Notes under the pieces: model-generated
What the model was told of the DNA's origin: nothing
The model's database searches: none
What the model saw: the letters and a program-made list of their open reading frames with translations, nothing else
Shown: in pieces, positions 54,069 through 62,765 of the stretch
How the letters are laid out: each line of letters starts with the position of its first letter
Position numbering within the stretch: the first letter of the stretch is position 1
Translations under genes and position numbers: made by a program
Source of the DNA: a phage
DNA: 64,000 bases
Reading direction: 5' to 3' (one strand)
Sequence record: OZ335962.1

Positions 54069-54688
54069 TCAACTACCTCAATATCATACACTTTAAATGT
54101 TCCAAATGAATCATGTAATTTTTCTTTTGAAATAGAAGTTATTTTATACTTTCCAATTGGAATCATCCATTCTTGTTCACGCACAATCATCATTAAGTTA
54201 TCAGTACGTTCTGAATCTAATCCATCAGTATCTTCATATGTATACTTAAACTCAGTATTAGGAGAAGAAAGTATAATATCACTGATATGGTCAGAATAAT
54301 TAAAAGCTTTATCAGTTTTTAAGCGAAATATTATTTCAGTGGAATATTCAACATAAGAAAAACCACATGCTGTGTGCAAACTAGTAGTAAATGAATCTAC
54401 TCTGTTCGTTGAAAACACTTCTCCAACTTGCAAATCTTTAATGAGTTCTTTTGTCGATTTTGATATACCACGATATAGCTGATAAGGCGATTTAGTTAAA
54501 TGCTTTTTAACGATTTTATTCAACTGCCGATGAAGGGCTTCATTCTTTTTGGCTTCCATACATTGCCAAAGAACTGACTGTTCGAAGTCAGTAAATTTTT
54601 CACAGACCTTTTTATACATATCATATTGAAAATCGACACTTTCAGCTTTTATAGATAACTGTTCAACATCTGCGAGATTAATAATCAT
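54065..54688 (-). CDS. modB: ADP-ribosyltransferase ModB
   Basis: 207 aa from the ATG with SD GGAGG; ART triad (LYRGI, FSTNRV, EQEWMIP). Confidence 0.75.
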   Translation of the reverse strand: MIINLADVEQLSIKAESVDFQYDMYKKVCEKFTDFEQSVLWQCMEAKKNEALHRQLNKIVKKHLTKSPYQLYRGISKSTKELIKDLQVGEVFSTNRVDSFTTSLHTACGFSYVEYSTEIIFRLKTDKAFNYSDHISDIILSSPNTEFKYTYEDTDGLDSERTDNLMMIVREQEWMIPIGKYKITSISKEKLHDSFGTFKVYDIEVVE

Positions 54689-54712
54689 GATAGCCTCCAT
54701 ATACTTCAGAAG

Positions 54713-54744
54713 CTATCATATCATTGTTAGGAAGGAAAGTAAAC
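54713..54744 (-). promoter_or_regulatory. early promoter for modB
   Basis: Minus strand GTTTAC, 18 nt, TATGAT. Confidence 0.5.
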
Positions 54745-54755
54745 AACTTTTTGAA

Positions 54756-54938
54756 TTATTTTGCCCAGGGAGCCCAGGGCGGAGGGTCAAGATGGTATGA
54801 AGCTAGTTCTTCTAGAAGAGCATCTGGGGCTTCAATTCCATAATTCTGTAATACTATACGGTACTCTTTCTTATAATCACTAGAATCATTCTGGATATTC
54901 GTAGAATGATTATCTTCTAACATCTCAAATAAATCCAT
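54756..54938 (-). CDS. hypothetical early protein
   Basis: 60-aa ORF. Confidence 0.4.
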   Translation of the reverse strand: MDLFEMLEDNHSTNIQNDSSDYKKEYRIVLQNYGIEAPDALLEELASYHLDPPPWAPWAK

Positions 54939-54946
54939 ATTAATTC

Positions 54947-55429
54947 CTAGCGATAAAAACCAAAATAACGATTAGCTTCAATAATCTTTCTTTCTTCTTC
55001 AGACATTCTCCAGCGTAGTCCAACATCAAAATGAGCCCAGACCATCTTAACAAATGCATTTATATCTTTAATATCTTCAATAATGAATGATTTACTTTTA
55101 GAAGGTTGACCTGCTAAATTAAGTGCTAATTTAACTTTATCGTCTTCAAACAGGTCAAAAAGACCATATTCATGGGCTCTTTTATAGCCTTTAATAGTTA
55201 AAGCTTCAGAAGAAGAAAAAGGTGAATCAGTATTCTGCAAAATATCTTCAGTATGCTTTATAATTAGAATAACATTTTCTGGATATTTTCTTTCTTTTAT
55301 ATCTTTAATTAAAAAATCCGGATTTTCTGCTAAAGGAATAATTAATGAGCACTTTTTATCAAGTGTATTTACCGATTTACCTTCTTTAGACATAAATTCT
55401 ATTGAATAATGTTTTGCTACTTCAATCAT
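54947..55429 (-). CDS. hypothetical early protein
   Basis: 160-aa ORF. Confidence 0.45.
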   Translation of the reverse strand: MIEVAKHYSIEFMSKEGKSVNTLDKKCSLIIPLAENPDFLIKDIKERKYPENVILIIKHTEDILQNTDSPFSSSEALTIKGYKRAHEYGLFDLFEDDKVKLALNLAGQPSKSKSFIIEDIKDINAFVKMVWAHFDVGLRWRMSEEERKIIEANRYFGFYR

Positions 55430-55586
55430 GTGATTTCCTCTTGCCTACTAATGGGCCGTCAGGAATTTTGTTTTCCTGGATATATTTCTCATTTTCTTCC
55501 ATCATTTTACTGCCAATTTTAAGAAGCAAATCCAGTGCTTCATTTGCTTTAGCCTTGGCCTCTTCTAATGTCATATCTCTGTTCAT
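55422..55586 (-). CDS. hypothetical small protein (54 aa)
   Basis: [54 protein letters not shown]; ATGA overlaps with both neighbours. Below the ORF-track cutoff. Confidence 0.4.
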   Translation of the reverse strand: MNRDMTLEEAKAKANEALDLLLKIGSKMMEENEKYIQENKIPDGPLVGKRKSHD

Positions 55587-55786
55587 GATTTATCCCCATA
55601 GATATCTCTCATCAATTTAAGCGCTGAGCGTTCTAATTTCTTTTCTTTCTCAGCACTAATCATTGATTTCATCCATTCTTCTGATTCGTTCTGCATTTCT
55701 TTATTTGCTTGTTCAACCCAACCATCGTCAATGTACATTGAGTTTGGTCTATTAAACCATTCAAGCATTTTCTTCAGAACTTTCAT
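55583..55786 (-). CDS. hypothetical early protein
   Basis: 67-aa ORF. Confidence 0.4.
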   Translation of the reverse strand: MKVLKKMLEWFNRPNSMYIDDGWVEQANKEMQNESEEWMKSMISAEKEKKLERSALKLMRDIYGDKS

Positions 55787-56258
55787 TTGTTTTACCTAAA
55801 ACAACAGTAGGAGCATCATCAAATTCATGAATTTTTAGCAAATTTGGATGTAAAATATTCCACACAGAAGAAATAAAGTATGATAAAGCATCTTCACTTG
55901 CAATTATAAATTTATTTCCTTTATCTATTTTCCAACTATATACTGAATCATACGAATAAAAAGATAAAGGTTTATCATTATATTGTTCTGCGCTAACATT
56001 AATGTATTCTGATTTAGTAAATGCTTCAATTGCTCTAAACGGAATATTTGGTACAGTTTCAATAATACCAATCTTTTTAAGTTTTATTTCAGCATCTTCT
56101 GGAACTGGCATTGAAACGAAATTTTCTACGAGATACATTGGGTCACAATAACCCTTATCAATCATTACTGCTACGGTAATTGGAACGTCTTTAGCAAACG
56201 ACAAACTATTACTGCTAATATACATTTCAAACAAAATCGCTTCCATAATTTTCCTCAA
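55761..56258 (-). CDS. hypothetical early protein
   Basis: 165-aa ORF. Confidence 0.45.
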   Translation of the reverse strand: MRKIMEAILFEMYISSNSLSFAKDVPITVAVMIDKGYCDPMYLVENFVSMPVPEDAEIKLKKIGIIETVPNIPFRAIEAFTKSEYINVSAEQYNDKPLSFYSYDSVYSWKIDKGNKFIIASEDALSYFISSVWNILHPNLLKIHEFDDAPTVVLGKTNESSEENA

Positions 56259-56593
56259 TCACAAGATGTAGATGAACAACTAGAATCACAAGAACTTCCA
56301 CACGAATCGCCTGCCCATACATGAACAGGAACATTAGTGTCATATGAATCAGAACTAGACTGTGTATTCTGCGTATTAGATGATGCAGGTGTTGACCAGC
56401 GCCAAGGATTTTTATAATATTCTTGGGCTTCTTCATAAGTCATAGTAACTGCTTCTACTGTTCCATCTCCCATATAAACATATTCAACTACAGTTAAAGG
56501 AAGGTAGTCATTTGAAATAGGAACTACACCTTCTCCGGGAGTTGTAGAGAAAAAATCCGTAAAGAAACTTTTAAACCAATTAAAGATAAACAT
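56255..56593 (-). CDS. hypothetical protein with Cys/Ser-rich C-terminal tail
   Basis: 112 aa ending ...[20 protein letters not shown]. Confidence 0.45.
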   Translation of the reverse strand: MFIFNWFKSFFTDFFSTTPGEGVVPISNDYLPLTVVEYVYMGDGTVEAVTMTYEEAQEYYKNPWRWSTPASSNTQNTQSSSDSYDTNVPVHVWAGDSCGSSCDSSCSSTSCD

Positions 56594-56805
56594 TACAAAA
56601 AGCCTCTTTGAAATTCGACTCTTTGAAATCCACCCCAGTCAGTGTATCGCATTTCAGCATTGAACTCGACTGAACCATCTGTATGCATCATGAATGAATG
56701 CGTGACGATATCACAATCCCAGCTTTTCATACCCCATTTATCAGAGATAGCTTTATCAAGAACCTTCTGGAGGTCTTCATTTGGTTTAATCCAACGATTT
56801 AACAT
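56593..56805 (-). CDS. hypothetical early protein
   Basis: 70-aa ORF with an early promoter at about 56832..56861. Confidence 0.45.
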   Translation of the reverse strand: MLNRWIKPNEDLQKVLDKAISDKWGMKSWDCDIVTHSFMMHTDGSVEFNAEMRYTDWGGFQRVEFQRGFL

Positions 56806-56870
56806 AGTGCTCTCCTCTATAAGATAATTCTATTATACCATACTCATTGTGGAAAGTAAACCGGTAAAAT

Positions 56871-56896
56871 GAAAAAAGGACTCCCGAAGGAGTCCC
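56871..56896 (-). terminator. rho-independent terminator after soc
   Basis: Minus strand GGACUCC-UUCG-GGAGUCC followed by a U6 run. Confidence 0.75.
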
Positions 56897-56901
56897 TGAA
56901 T

Positions 56902-57147
56902 TTATTCACCAGTTACTTTCCACAAATCTTCGTTTGCAGCAATCCACGCAGCACGTTGATTTTCTTCATATACAGTAGTATATGCTGCTTTTTCTGAAGG
57001 GAATATTTGGTAATGAGAACCAGAAATTTTGTGAACGTCAGAATAAAGAGGGAAAGCTACAGAAATTTCTTTTCCTTCAATTTTCTTATTTCCATCTAAT
57101 TTCTGCTCAAATGTTTTAATATTAACATAACCGCGAGTACTAGCCAT
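56902..57147 (-). CDS. soc: Soc small outer capsid protein
   Basis: 81 aa starting MASTRGYVNIKTFEQKLDGNKKIEGKEISVAFPLY, matching T4 Soc from memory. Confidence 0.9.
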   Translation of the reverse strand: MASTRGYVNIKTFEQKLDGNKKIEGKEISVAFPLYSDVHKISGSHYQIFPSEKAAYTTVYEENQRAAWIAANEDLWKVTGE

Positions 57148-57177
57148 GTAATTCTCCTTTTATTTAAATTACATGAC

Positions 57178-57185
57178 TATTTATA
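57178..57185 (-). promoter_or_regulatory. late promoter TATAAATA for soc
   Basis: Plus strand tatttata about 25 nt upstream of the soc ATG. Confidence 0.6.
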
Positions 57186-57219
57186 ATAAATTCTCGCAGC
57201 TTTTAAGCTGTCGTTTATA

Positions 57220-57738
57220 TTAATAACCTCGGTCTTGACGAGCGAAGTTTTCGGCATTTTTTAGATAATAAAGTTTAAAGATTTCTTCAGCCGTAAGACC
57301 GAGACCTTGGAACATGTTCAGAACGAAATGAAGAATATCAATCATTTCGAATTTAATTTCCAACTGGTCTTGCGGAGACAAATCAGTAATTAGAGTTTCA
57401 CGGCGTTCACCGTGTTGAGCTTTCCAAGGCTTCCATACAGCGGATGCATCTTTTTCACCATTGCTCATACCACCAAGAGAAGTCAGAAGTTCGCGGAATT
57501 CATCATCAATATAATCTTTCTGATTACGCAACCAATCAACAACTTCGCCTGCGGTAGCCAAATCATCAGGATGACGGTTATATTCAGGTTTATCTTTAGC
57601 TAAACGAACCTGCAGAGATTTCTGCATATCAAGCATAACCTGCAGCGGGTCTTTTTCATCACCGAGAATATCCCAGTATTCATTTTGAGCTTTATCAGCG
57701 CCTTCGATCAGTTGTGAACATTCATTAAAGTAAGCCAT
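57220..57738 (-). CDS. 56: dCTPase / dCTP pyrophosphatase (MazG-like)
   Basis: 171 aa from MAYFNECSQLIEGADKAQNEYWDILGDEKDPLQVMLDMQ, matching T4 gp56 from memory; SD AAAGGAAAA. The track's 31-codon extension was trimmed. Confidence 0.9.
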   Translation of the reverse strand: MAYFNECSQLIEGADKAQNEYWDILGDEKDPLQVMLDMQKSLQVRLAKDKPEYNRHPDDLATAGEVVDWLRNQKDYIDDEFRELLTSLGGMSNGEKDASAVWKPWKAQHGERRETLITDLSPQDQLEIKFEMIDILHFVLNMFQGLGLTAEEIFKLYYLKNAENFARQDRGY

Positions 57739-57809
57739 TATTTTTCCTTTCAATTCATGGGTTAGTAGATTAATTATACAATAAATATATAAAGCAATAA
57801 GGAGGATAT

Positions 57810-58010
57810 ATGGTACAAAAATTAATGGCACTTGTAGATGCCATAAAAGGTAATAAAAGACGTATAGCTTTTACTATTTCTGCTATGGTAGGAATTTTAC
57901 TTTGGAATTTTGTTTTATCGCCAGTTGCTATTGCTCATGGTGTTAGTATTCCAGTAATTACTCTCGATACATTCGTAGATTTAGCATTTGCTTTAGTTGG
58001 GTTAATTTAA
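57810..58010 (+). CDS. small hydrophobic membrane protein (66 aa) on the opposite strand to the surrounding early genes
   Basis: ATG with strong SD GGAGG at 5-nt spacing; two predicted TM segments. Sits between gene 56 and gene 61. Confidence 0.45.
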   Translation: MVQKLMALVDAIKGNKRRIAFTISAMVGILLWNFVLSPVAIAHGVSIPVITLDTFVDLAFALVGLI

Positions 58011-59035
58011 ATCTTAGCATATTTAGATAGCCGCATTTTGGCCATCAACCCTTGGGCAATATTATTTTTCATATATTCCATAATTTGTTCAGGGGTTGCA
58101 CCTTCCTTTCTAATCATATCATTAACATCTTTTGATTTCCAGGGAGATTTGTCCCAAAACATAACCCTTTCTCCTGCATCAACCAATTTAGTCATTCGTT
58201 TAATAGTATCAGGGTGACGAGGTTCATTATCTAAAACCCATACACGTCTATCTTTAAATGGAACAATTTCTAGGTCTAATTGACCACCCGTAATAGCTAT
58301 ACCATTTTCAATAAAAAGTGAATCTATAGGTCCTTCTAGAACATATACATCACCATCTTTGACTCGTTCAACTCCATAAATTTTTGTTGCCTCAGGATAA
58401 GCTTTGATTGTGATATATTTTTGAGGAGCATCTTTCTTTAATGCACGCCCTTGAAAAGACTCAGCTTTTCCATTAGCATTATAAATTGGAATAACAAGAC
58501 GAGGCTCAGGTATTTCCTTTTTATATGTTCCTGGCGCTATACTATTAACTAATTTAGGCCATTCGGTTGTAAACCAAAGATATTTCCATTTATCCTTTGG
58601 AATACAACGAGCTTTTACATATTTTATAATTGGATGGTCTTCCGCCAGTTTATCTAATCTAATGCATGACGGAAGAGATTTAATTATTTTCTTCTCAGGC
58701 TGCTTAGGAAGTTCTTTAGGTTTTTCTACTGGACGACTTTTACCTTTTTCTTTTCTTATTTCAAAGATATACTCACGATATAAATCAGGTTCAAACTCCT
58801 TTAAATATATTCCGATTGGTGCATGATAGTTACAGTTATAACAATGAATATTTCCTTCATTATTATCACCATAATACCATCCACGGGCTTTATTTTGGTC
58901 GGTTTTTGAATCTCCACAAACAGGGCATCTAAACCGTAATTTAAAAGTTGAACTATTATTTACTTGTGCGAATTTAGGTAAATGAGCCAATGCACGGTAT
59001 GCAAACTCATTATCAATCCAAGGTATTGATGACAT
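58007..59035 (-). CDS. 61: gp61 DNA primase
   Basis: 342 aa, same length as T4 gp61; N-terminal zinc ribbon CPVCGDS...CYNCNYH and a Toprim-like core. Confidence 0.9.
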   Translation of the reverse strand: MSSIPWIDNEFAYRALAHLPKFAQVNNSSTFKLRFRCPVCGDSKTDQNKARGWYYGDNNEGNIHCYNCNYHAPIGIYLKEFEPDLYREYIFEIRKEKGKSRPVEKPKELPKQPEKKIIKSLPSCIRLDKLAEDHPIIKYVKARCIPKDKWKYLWFTTEWPKLVNSIAPGTYKKEIPEPRLVIPIYNANGKAESFQGRALKKDAPQKYITIKAYPEATKIYGVERVKDGDVYVLEGPIDSLFIENGIAITGGQLDLEIVPFKDRRVWVLDNEPRHPDTIKRMTKLVDAGERVMFWDKSPWKSKDVNDMIRKEGATPEQIMEYMKNNIAQGLMAKMRLSKYAKI

Positions 59036-59037
59036 TT

Positions 59038-59202
59038 TTACTCTTCTTTTTCTTTAGATTCCTCTTTTTTCTTTTTAGGAATCTGTTCAGGACCTTTATT
59101 TACTACAGCGCCTGACGTTGTTCCAGTGGAGATATTTTCAGGATTACCACCTGAGTCTCCAGCTACCATATCTTCTTTAATAAATTCTTTATATGTTTTC
59201 AT
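59038..59202 (-). CDS. hypothetical small acidic/lysine-rich protein (54 aa)
   Basis: MKTYKEFIKEDMVAGDSGGNPENISTGTTSGAVVNKGPEQIPKKKKEESKEKEE; SD GAGG; its stop lies 2 nt before the gene 61 ATG. Below the ORF-track cutoff. Confidence 0.45.
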   Translation of the reverse strand: MKTYKEFIKEDMVAGDSGGNPENISTGTTSGAVVNKGPEQIPKKKKEESKEKEE

Positions 59203-59203
59203 A

Positions 59204-59830
59204 TTAACCTCTATTCATAAAAGCATTAAAAATTTGGTCATCAATAGAAACATTTACTTTAGACTGTTTTTCTGATGGTAATTCATATCCACATATTACA
59301 ATTTTGTGATCAATATCAAAATACACAGAAGCAATATGATTAATGATGTTTTCAGTAAAGTCTAAATCAACATCAATATCTTTTTGACCACAGCCCAAAG
59401 GATAAATAATGCGAGTAATTCGATTATCTTTAACAAAGATTCCACCGACATACTCTGTGCTGCGTTTAAAATCTACACGCCGACGAAATGAAAAATATTC
59501 AGGCTCTTTATGAGCTCTGCTCATAGGACACAACGAGTAACTAGAATAAGAGATGTCAAATCCTACGCCTTCAATATGAGCCAAAGTATCATGATTAAAC
59601 CAATTATAATCGTACGCCAAATCCATTAGATCATAATATGTAAAAGGCACTGGATTAACATCATTAGTCACAAGCACGTAATTAGCAATTGCTATAATTT
59701 CATTGTTTTTAACGAATACAAACCGTGATTGATGGGAATGACCTGGACCCGCGTTTTCACGATTAATGATATAACACTGAGCACCTTTATATTTGTATGT
59801 ATCTTTACACTTGTGCATTTGATAGAGCAT
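59204..59830 (-). CDS. hypothetical early protein
   Basis: 208-aa ORF. Confidence 0.5.
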   Translation of the reverse strand: MLYQMHKCKDTYKYKGAQCYIINRENAGPGHSHQSRFVFVKNNEIIAIANYVLVTNDVNPVPFTYYDLMDLAYDYNWFNHDTLAHIEGVGFDISYSSYSLCPMSRAHKEPEYFSFRRRVDFKRSTEYVGGIFVKDNRITRIIYPLGCGQKDIDVDLDFTENIINHIASVYFDIDHKIVICGYELPSEKQSKVNVSIDDQIFNAFMNRG

Positions 59831-60123
59831 TATTCACCTACCACTTCAGCGATGATATTTTTATTATTAAAGTTTTTATCGCAATACAGAACATAATTAT
59901 ACTGCATTACACCACCAGACTTAAGCTGTTTTTGTACTTCAGCTTTCATTTCAGGACGATCACGCTCAACGATATTCATAATATCTGCTTCAATTTGAGT
60001 TTCAACCTCAGTCTGATCTGCAGTCATAGACCATTCACACAAATCTTTATCATAACCTGCCATAGCAGGCTGAGCAGCGCAAGAAGATAAAGCAAAAATT
60101 GCAGCAAAGATAAATTTTTTCAT
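59830..60123 (-). CDS. sp: Spackle periplasmic protein (superinfection exclusion)
   Basis: 97 aa with an N-terminal signal peptide (cleavage site AMA-G). Matches T4 Sp in length and, from memory, in sequence. Confidence 0.75.
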   Translation of the reverse strand: MKKFIFAAIFALSSCAAQPAMAGYDKDLCEWSMTADQTEVETQIEADIMNIVERDRPEMKAEVQKQLKSGGVMQYNYVLYCDKNFNNKNIIAEVVGE

Positions 60124-60180
60124 GATAATCTCCTCAGTAGTTTATGTTTATATAGTATCTCAATTTCCAACAAAAGTAAA

Positions 60181-60435
60181 CTATTTTATTTCCTCAAGTT
60201 CGTTAATCAATAAAAGTTCTCTGACGCTAAAAACAAAGAAAAATGTGTTCCCATCAACCAGAGCATGACCGCTAATAGAACACCCTCTGCGGAATTTAGA
60301 AACTTCACAATCTAGAACTGTAAAGGGTTTTAATCCTATGACTTTAGCTATGCGTCTATTCAGTTCACAACCACTTGCGAATTTTTCCAAATCTTCTTCT
60401 GATTTAAACTGATATTCTCTATTAACTAGCATCAT
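60181..60435 (-). CDS. hypothetical early protein
   Basis: 84-aa ORF with an early promoter at about 60466..60496. Confidence 0.45.
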   Translation of the reverse strand: MMLVNREYQFKSEEDLEKFASGCELNRRIAKVIGLKPFTVLDCEVSKFRRGCSISGHALVDGNTFFFVFSVRELLLINELEEIK

Positions 60436-60498
60436 TTTCTTTTCTCCGCGATTAGCTGATAGAATTACTATAACACAACTCTATCAGCTTGTAAACTA

Positions 60499-60741
60499 CT
60501 ATTTTACTAGCATCAATAACTGTTTCTCTAACTTGACGATTTTACGAAAGTATCTTTTGCATTGACGAATCTGTCGCTTCGTAGGACGCACAGCAAACTT
60601 AATAAATTCCACTCGACCAAATGGAGGACTTTCTTCTGCTGGAATATCTAATACTAATTCCCACGTATCTGCAACAAGTGCTTTGAATTGAGTATTTTTC
60701 CTGACGTTATACGGTGTAGGTTTAAATAAAACGATATGCAT
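60499..60741 (-). CDS. hypothetical early protein (80 aa)
   Basis: From MHIVLF with SD GAGGA, directly after the dmd stop. Confidence 0.45.
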   Translation of the reverse strand: MHIVLFKPTPYNVRKNTQFKALVADTWELVLDIPAEESPPFGRVEFIKFAVRPTKRQIRQCKRYFRKIVKLEKQLLMLVK

Positions 60742-60742
60742 A

Positions 60743-60925
60743 TTATCCTCGGCAATCCACTTCGCATACTTTCTTGTCATCAATGAAAGCTTTAACTAAT
60801 GCTTTATTAACTTCAGCATATTGAATAGTAGCCCATTGAACGTCATCTTTCATCATTGTGATTTCTTTAGTAAACATGCTTTCATTCTTAAACCACCCCA
60901 TAAAAACTACCTTTACCAATTCCAT
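60743..60925 (-). CDS. dmd: Dmd antitoxin (inhibitor of host RnlA/LsoA RNase toxins)
   Basis: 60 aa, MELVKVVFMGWFKNESMFTKEITMMKDDVQWATIQYAEVNKALVKAFIDDKKVCEVDCRG; at the T4 61.5 position directly downstream of gene 41; SD GAGGAG. Confidence 0.7.
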   Translation of the reverse strand: MELVKVVFMGWFKNESMFTKEITMMKDDVQWATIQYAEVNKALVKAFIDDKKVCEVDCRG

Positions 60926-60952
60926 AACAATCTCCTCATTTAACCAACAAGA

Positions 60953-60984
60953 CTACTATACCATAGTCTTGTCGGCTTGTAAAC
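60953..60984 (-). promoter_or_regulatory. early promoter for dmd
   Basis: Minus strand GTTTAC, 18 nt, TATAGT. Confidence 0.5.
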
Positions 60985-62411
60985 TAAAATTTTAATTCAT
61001 TTGCCAAAGCATCTAACTGAGCTCGAGCTGATTCGTTTCTTTGATAGCGATTCTGTTCAGCCTGAATCTGCTGTGAACCTGCTACTTCGTTTACTTCGGT
61101 TGGAGTAGAATCTTGCTCAATTTCTACCCATTTTTGATTTCCTTTTTGAACACCCATCAAAAACTTATTCCATTTATTCTTATCACCATATCGTGATTTG
61201 ATTTGCTTAATGAGTTGTTGTTCAGCGGCTGCTAACTCCTCGGTTTCAATGACCGCAAGCATAAAATCGGCTGTTGCTGGAAGACCGGCAGATTCTGCAA
61301 TATCGCTCATGTTAACATCAGAAGAATCCCAAGCTTGCTTACCAACCTGTGCTGCAGTCCAAAGAACAGTTTCGGTTTCAACAGCCAGAGCACGCAATTC
61401 TTCTGCGATGGCTTTAACAGTTGTGTAACTATTTTCTGAATAAACTCTGATGCGACAAGATTTACAAATACCCAGATAGTCAACAATAATGATTGTTGGA
61501 ACAAAATTCTTCTTGAGCTTTAATTCGTTTAAAAGCGATCGAAATGTATTAGCGTCTGCTCCACCAGTAGGATATTGCTTAACGATTAAACGACCGAGAG
61601 TAGATTTCTCACGCCATTTTTCCATTTTTCCTTTATACTCAGCGTAAGAAATATGCCCATCATCAATGTCATCAAGAGAAACATCAAGCATGTTAGCGTC
61701 AATACGCTTAGCACAGACTTCTTCTGCCATTTCCATGGAAATGTAAAGAACATTGTGTCCGAGTTGTAAATAATCCGCTGCCAATGAACACAGACCTAAT
61801 GACTTACCGACGTTAACACCAGCCATTAAAACGTTCAGTGTTCCAGTTTCAGCTCCACCTTTAGTAATTTTATTTAGAATTTTGAGTCTAAATGGAACCT
61901 TACGAGCTTTATTCATATAAGATAGCCAACGTGCTTCGTAGTCATCCATCCAATCATGACCAACGTAACTATCAAATGAAATTGATAATGCTTGGCGCAT
62001 GATGTCAGGAATAGCACCAACATCCGGCATTTTCTTATTTCGTTTTTCTGGAGGAAGCTCAGCATTAGTTTGAATTTCAATTATTTTAGACGTAGCATTA
62101 AACATCGCCCTTTGCTGAACATATTTTTCTGTTTCTTTTACTAACCAGCTGTGGTCTTCTGGAGAATCGGCTAGTTTCGAAATAAGTGTTTTTACACCAG
62201 AATATTCTGTTTCAGTAAATGAACTATTTTCTAATGCAACATTCAACGCATTAATAGATGGAACGCTATGGTACTCATTAACATGAGATTTAATTAATTT
62301 GAATGTATTTTTAGCTGGACCACTTTCAAAATATTCTGAATCCATATATGGCCAAACTTTTGAAAAATAAGCTTGATCAAATATGAGATGAGAAAGAATA
62401 ATTTCTACCAC
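60984..62411 (-). CDS. 41: gp41 replicative helicase (DnaB family)
   Basis: 475 aa starting MVEIILSHLIFDQAYFSKVWPYMDSEYF; Walker A GVNVGKS. GTG start with SD AAGGAG. Confidence 0.95.
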   Translation of the reverse strand: MVEIILSHLIFDQAYFSKVWPYMDSEYFESGPAKNTFKLIKSHVNEYHSVPSINALNVALENSSFTETEYSGVKTLISKLADSPEDHSWLVKETEKYVQQRAMFNATSKIIEIQTNAELPPEKRNKKMPDVGAIPDIMRQALSISFDSYVGHDWMDDYEARWLSYMNKARKVPFRLKILNKITKGGAETGTLNVLMAGVNVGKSLGLCSLAADYLQLGHNVLYISMEMAEEVCAKRIDANMLDVSLDDIDDGHISYAEYKGKMEKWREKSTLGRLIVKQYPTGGADANTFRSLLNELKLKKNFVPTIIIVDYLGICKSCRIRVYSENSYTTVKAIAEELRALAVETETVLWTAAQVGKQAWDSSDVNMSDIAESAGLPATADFMLAVIETEELAAAEQQLIKQIKSRYGDKNKWNKFLMGVQKGNQKWVEIEQDSTPTEVNEVAGSQQIQAEQNRYQRNESARAQLDALANELKF

Positions 62412-62420
62412 ACTTACTCC

Positions 62421-62765
62421 TTAAAAGAATTTAAATTTTTTCTTTGACCTTTTATTAAATGCATCTTGTAGTTGCATTGTAATACATTTTTCTACATGAG
62501 GAGCTAACTCAGCTTTTCTTTCTTGGTCAAGAACAGCAAAGTCCATTACAACTTTTCCATCAACCCAATCTAATTTTGTCACATACACAATGTGTGTAGA
62601 ACCATCTTCTAATTTAATGACAATCTCCTGGATAACATTTTCCATGGCAGATTTAATTATCTTAAGAGATTCATTAAAAAGACGTTCTTTTCTTTCTTCT
62701 TCCCCCTCCGAAGAGGGGGATTCATCGATAATTTCTAGATCTAAATCTAAATCATCTTTATTCAT
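62421..62765 (-). CDS. 40: gp40 head vertex assembly chaperone
   Basis: 114 aa from the ATG that overlaps the uvsX 3' end. The track's GTG start 6 codons upstream is an alternative. Confidence 0.6.
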   Translation of the reverse strand: MNKDDLDLDLEIIDESPSSEGEEERKERLFNESLKIIKSAMENVIQEIVIKLEDGSTHIVYVTKLDWVDGKVVMDFAVLDQERKAELAPHVEKCITMQLQDAFNKRSKKKFKFF

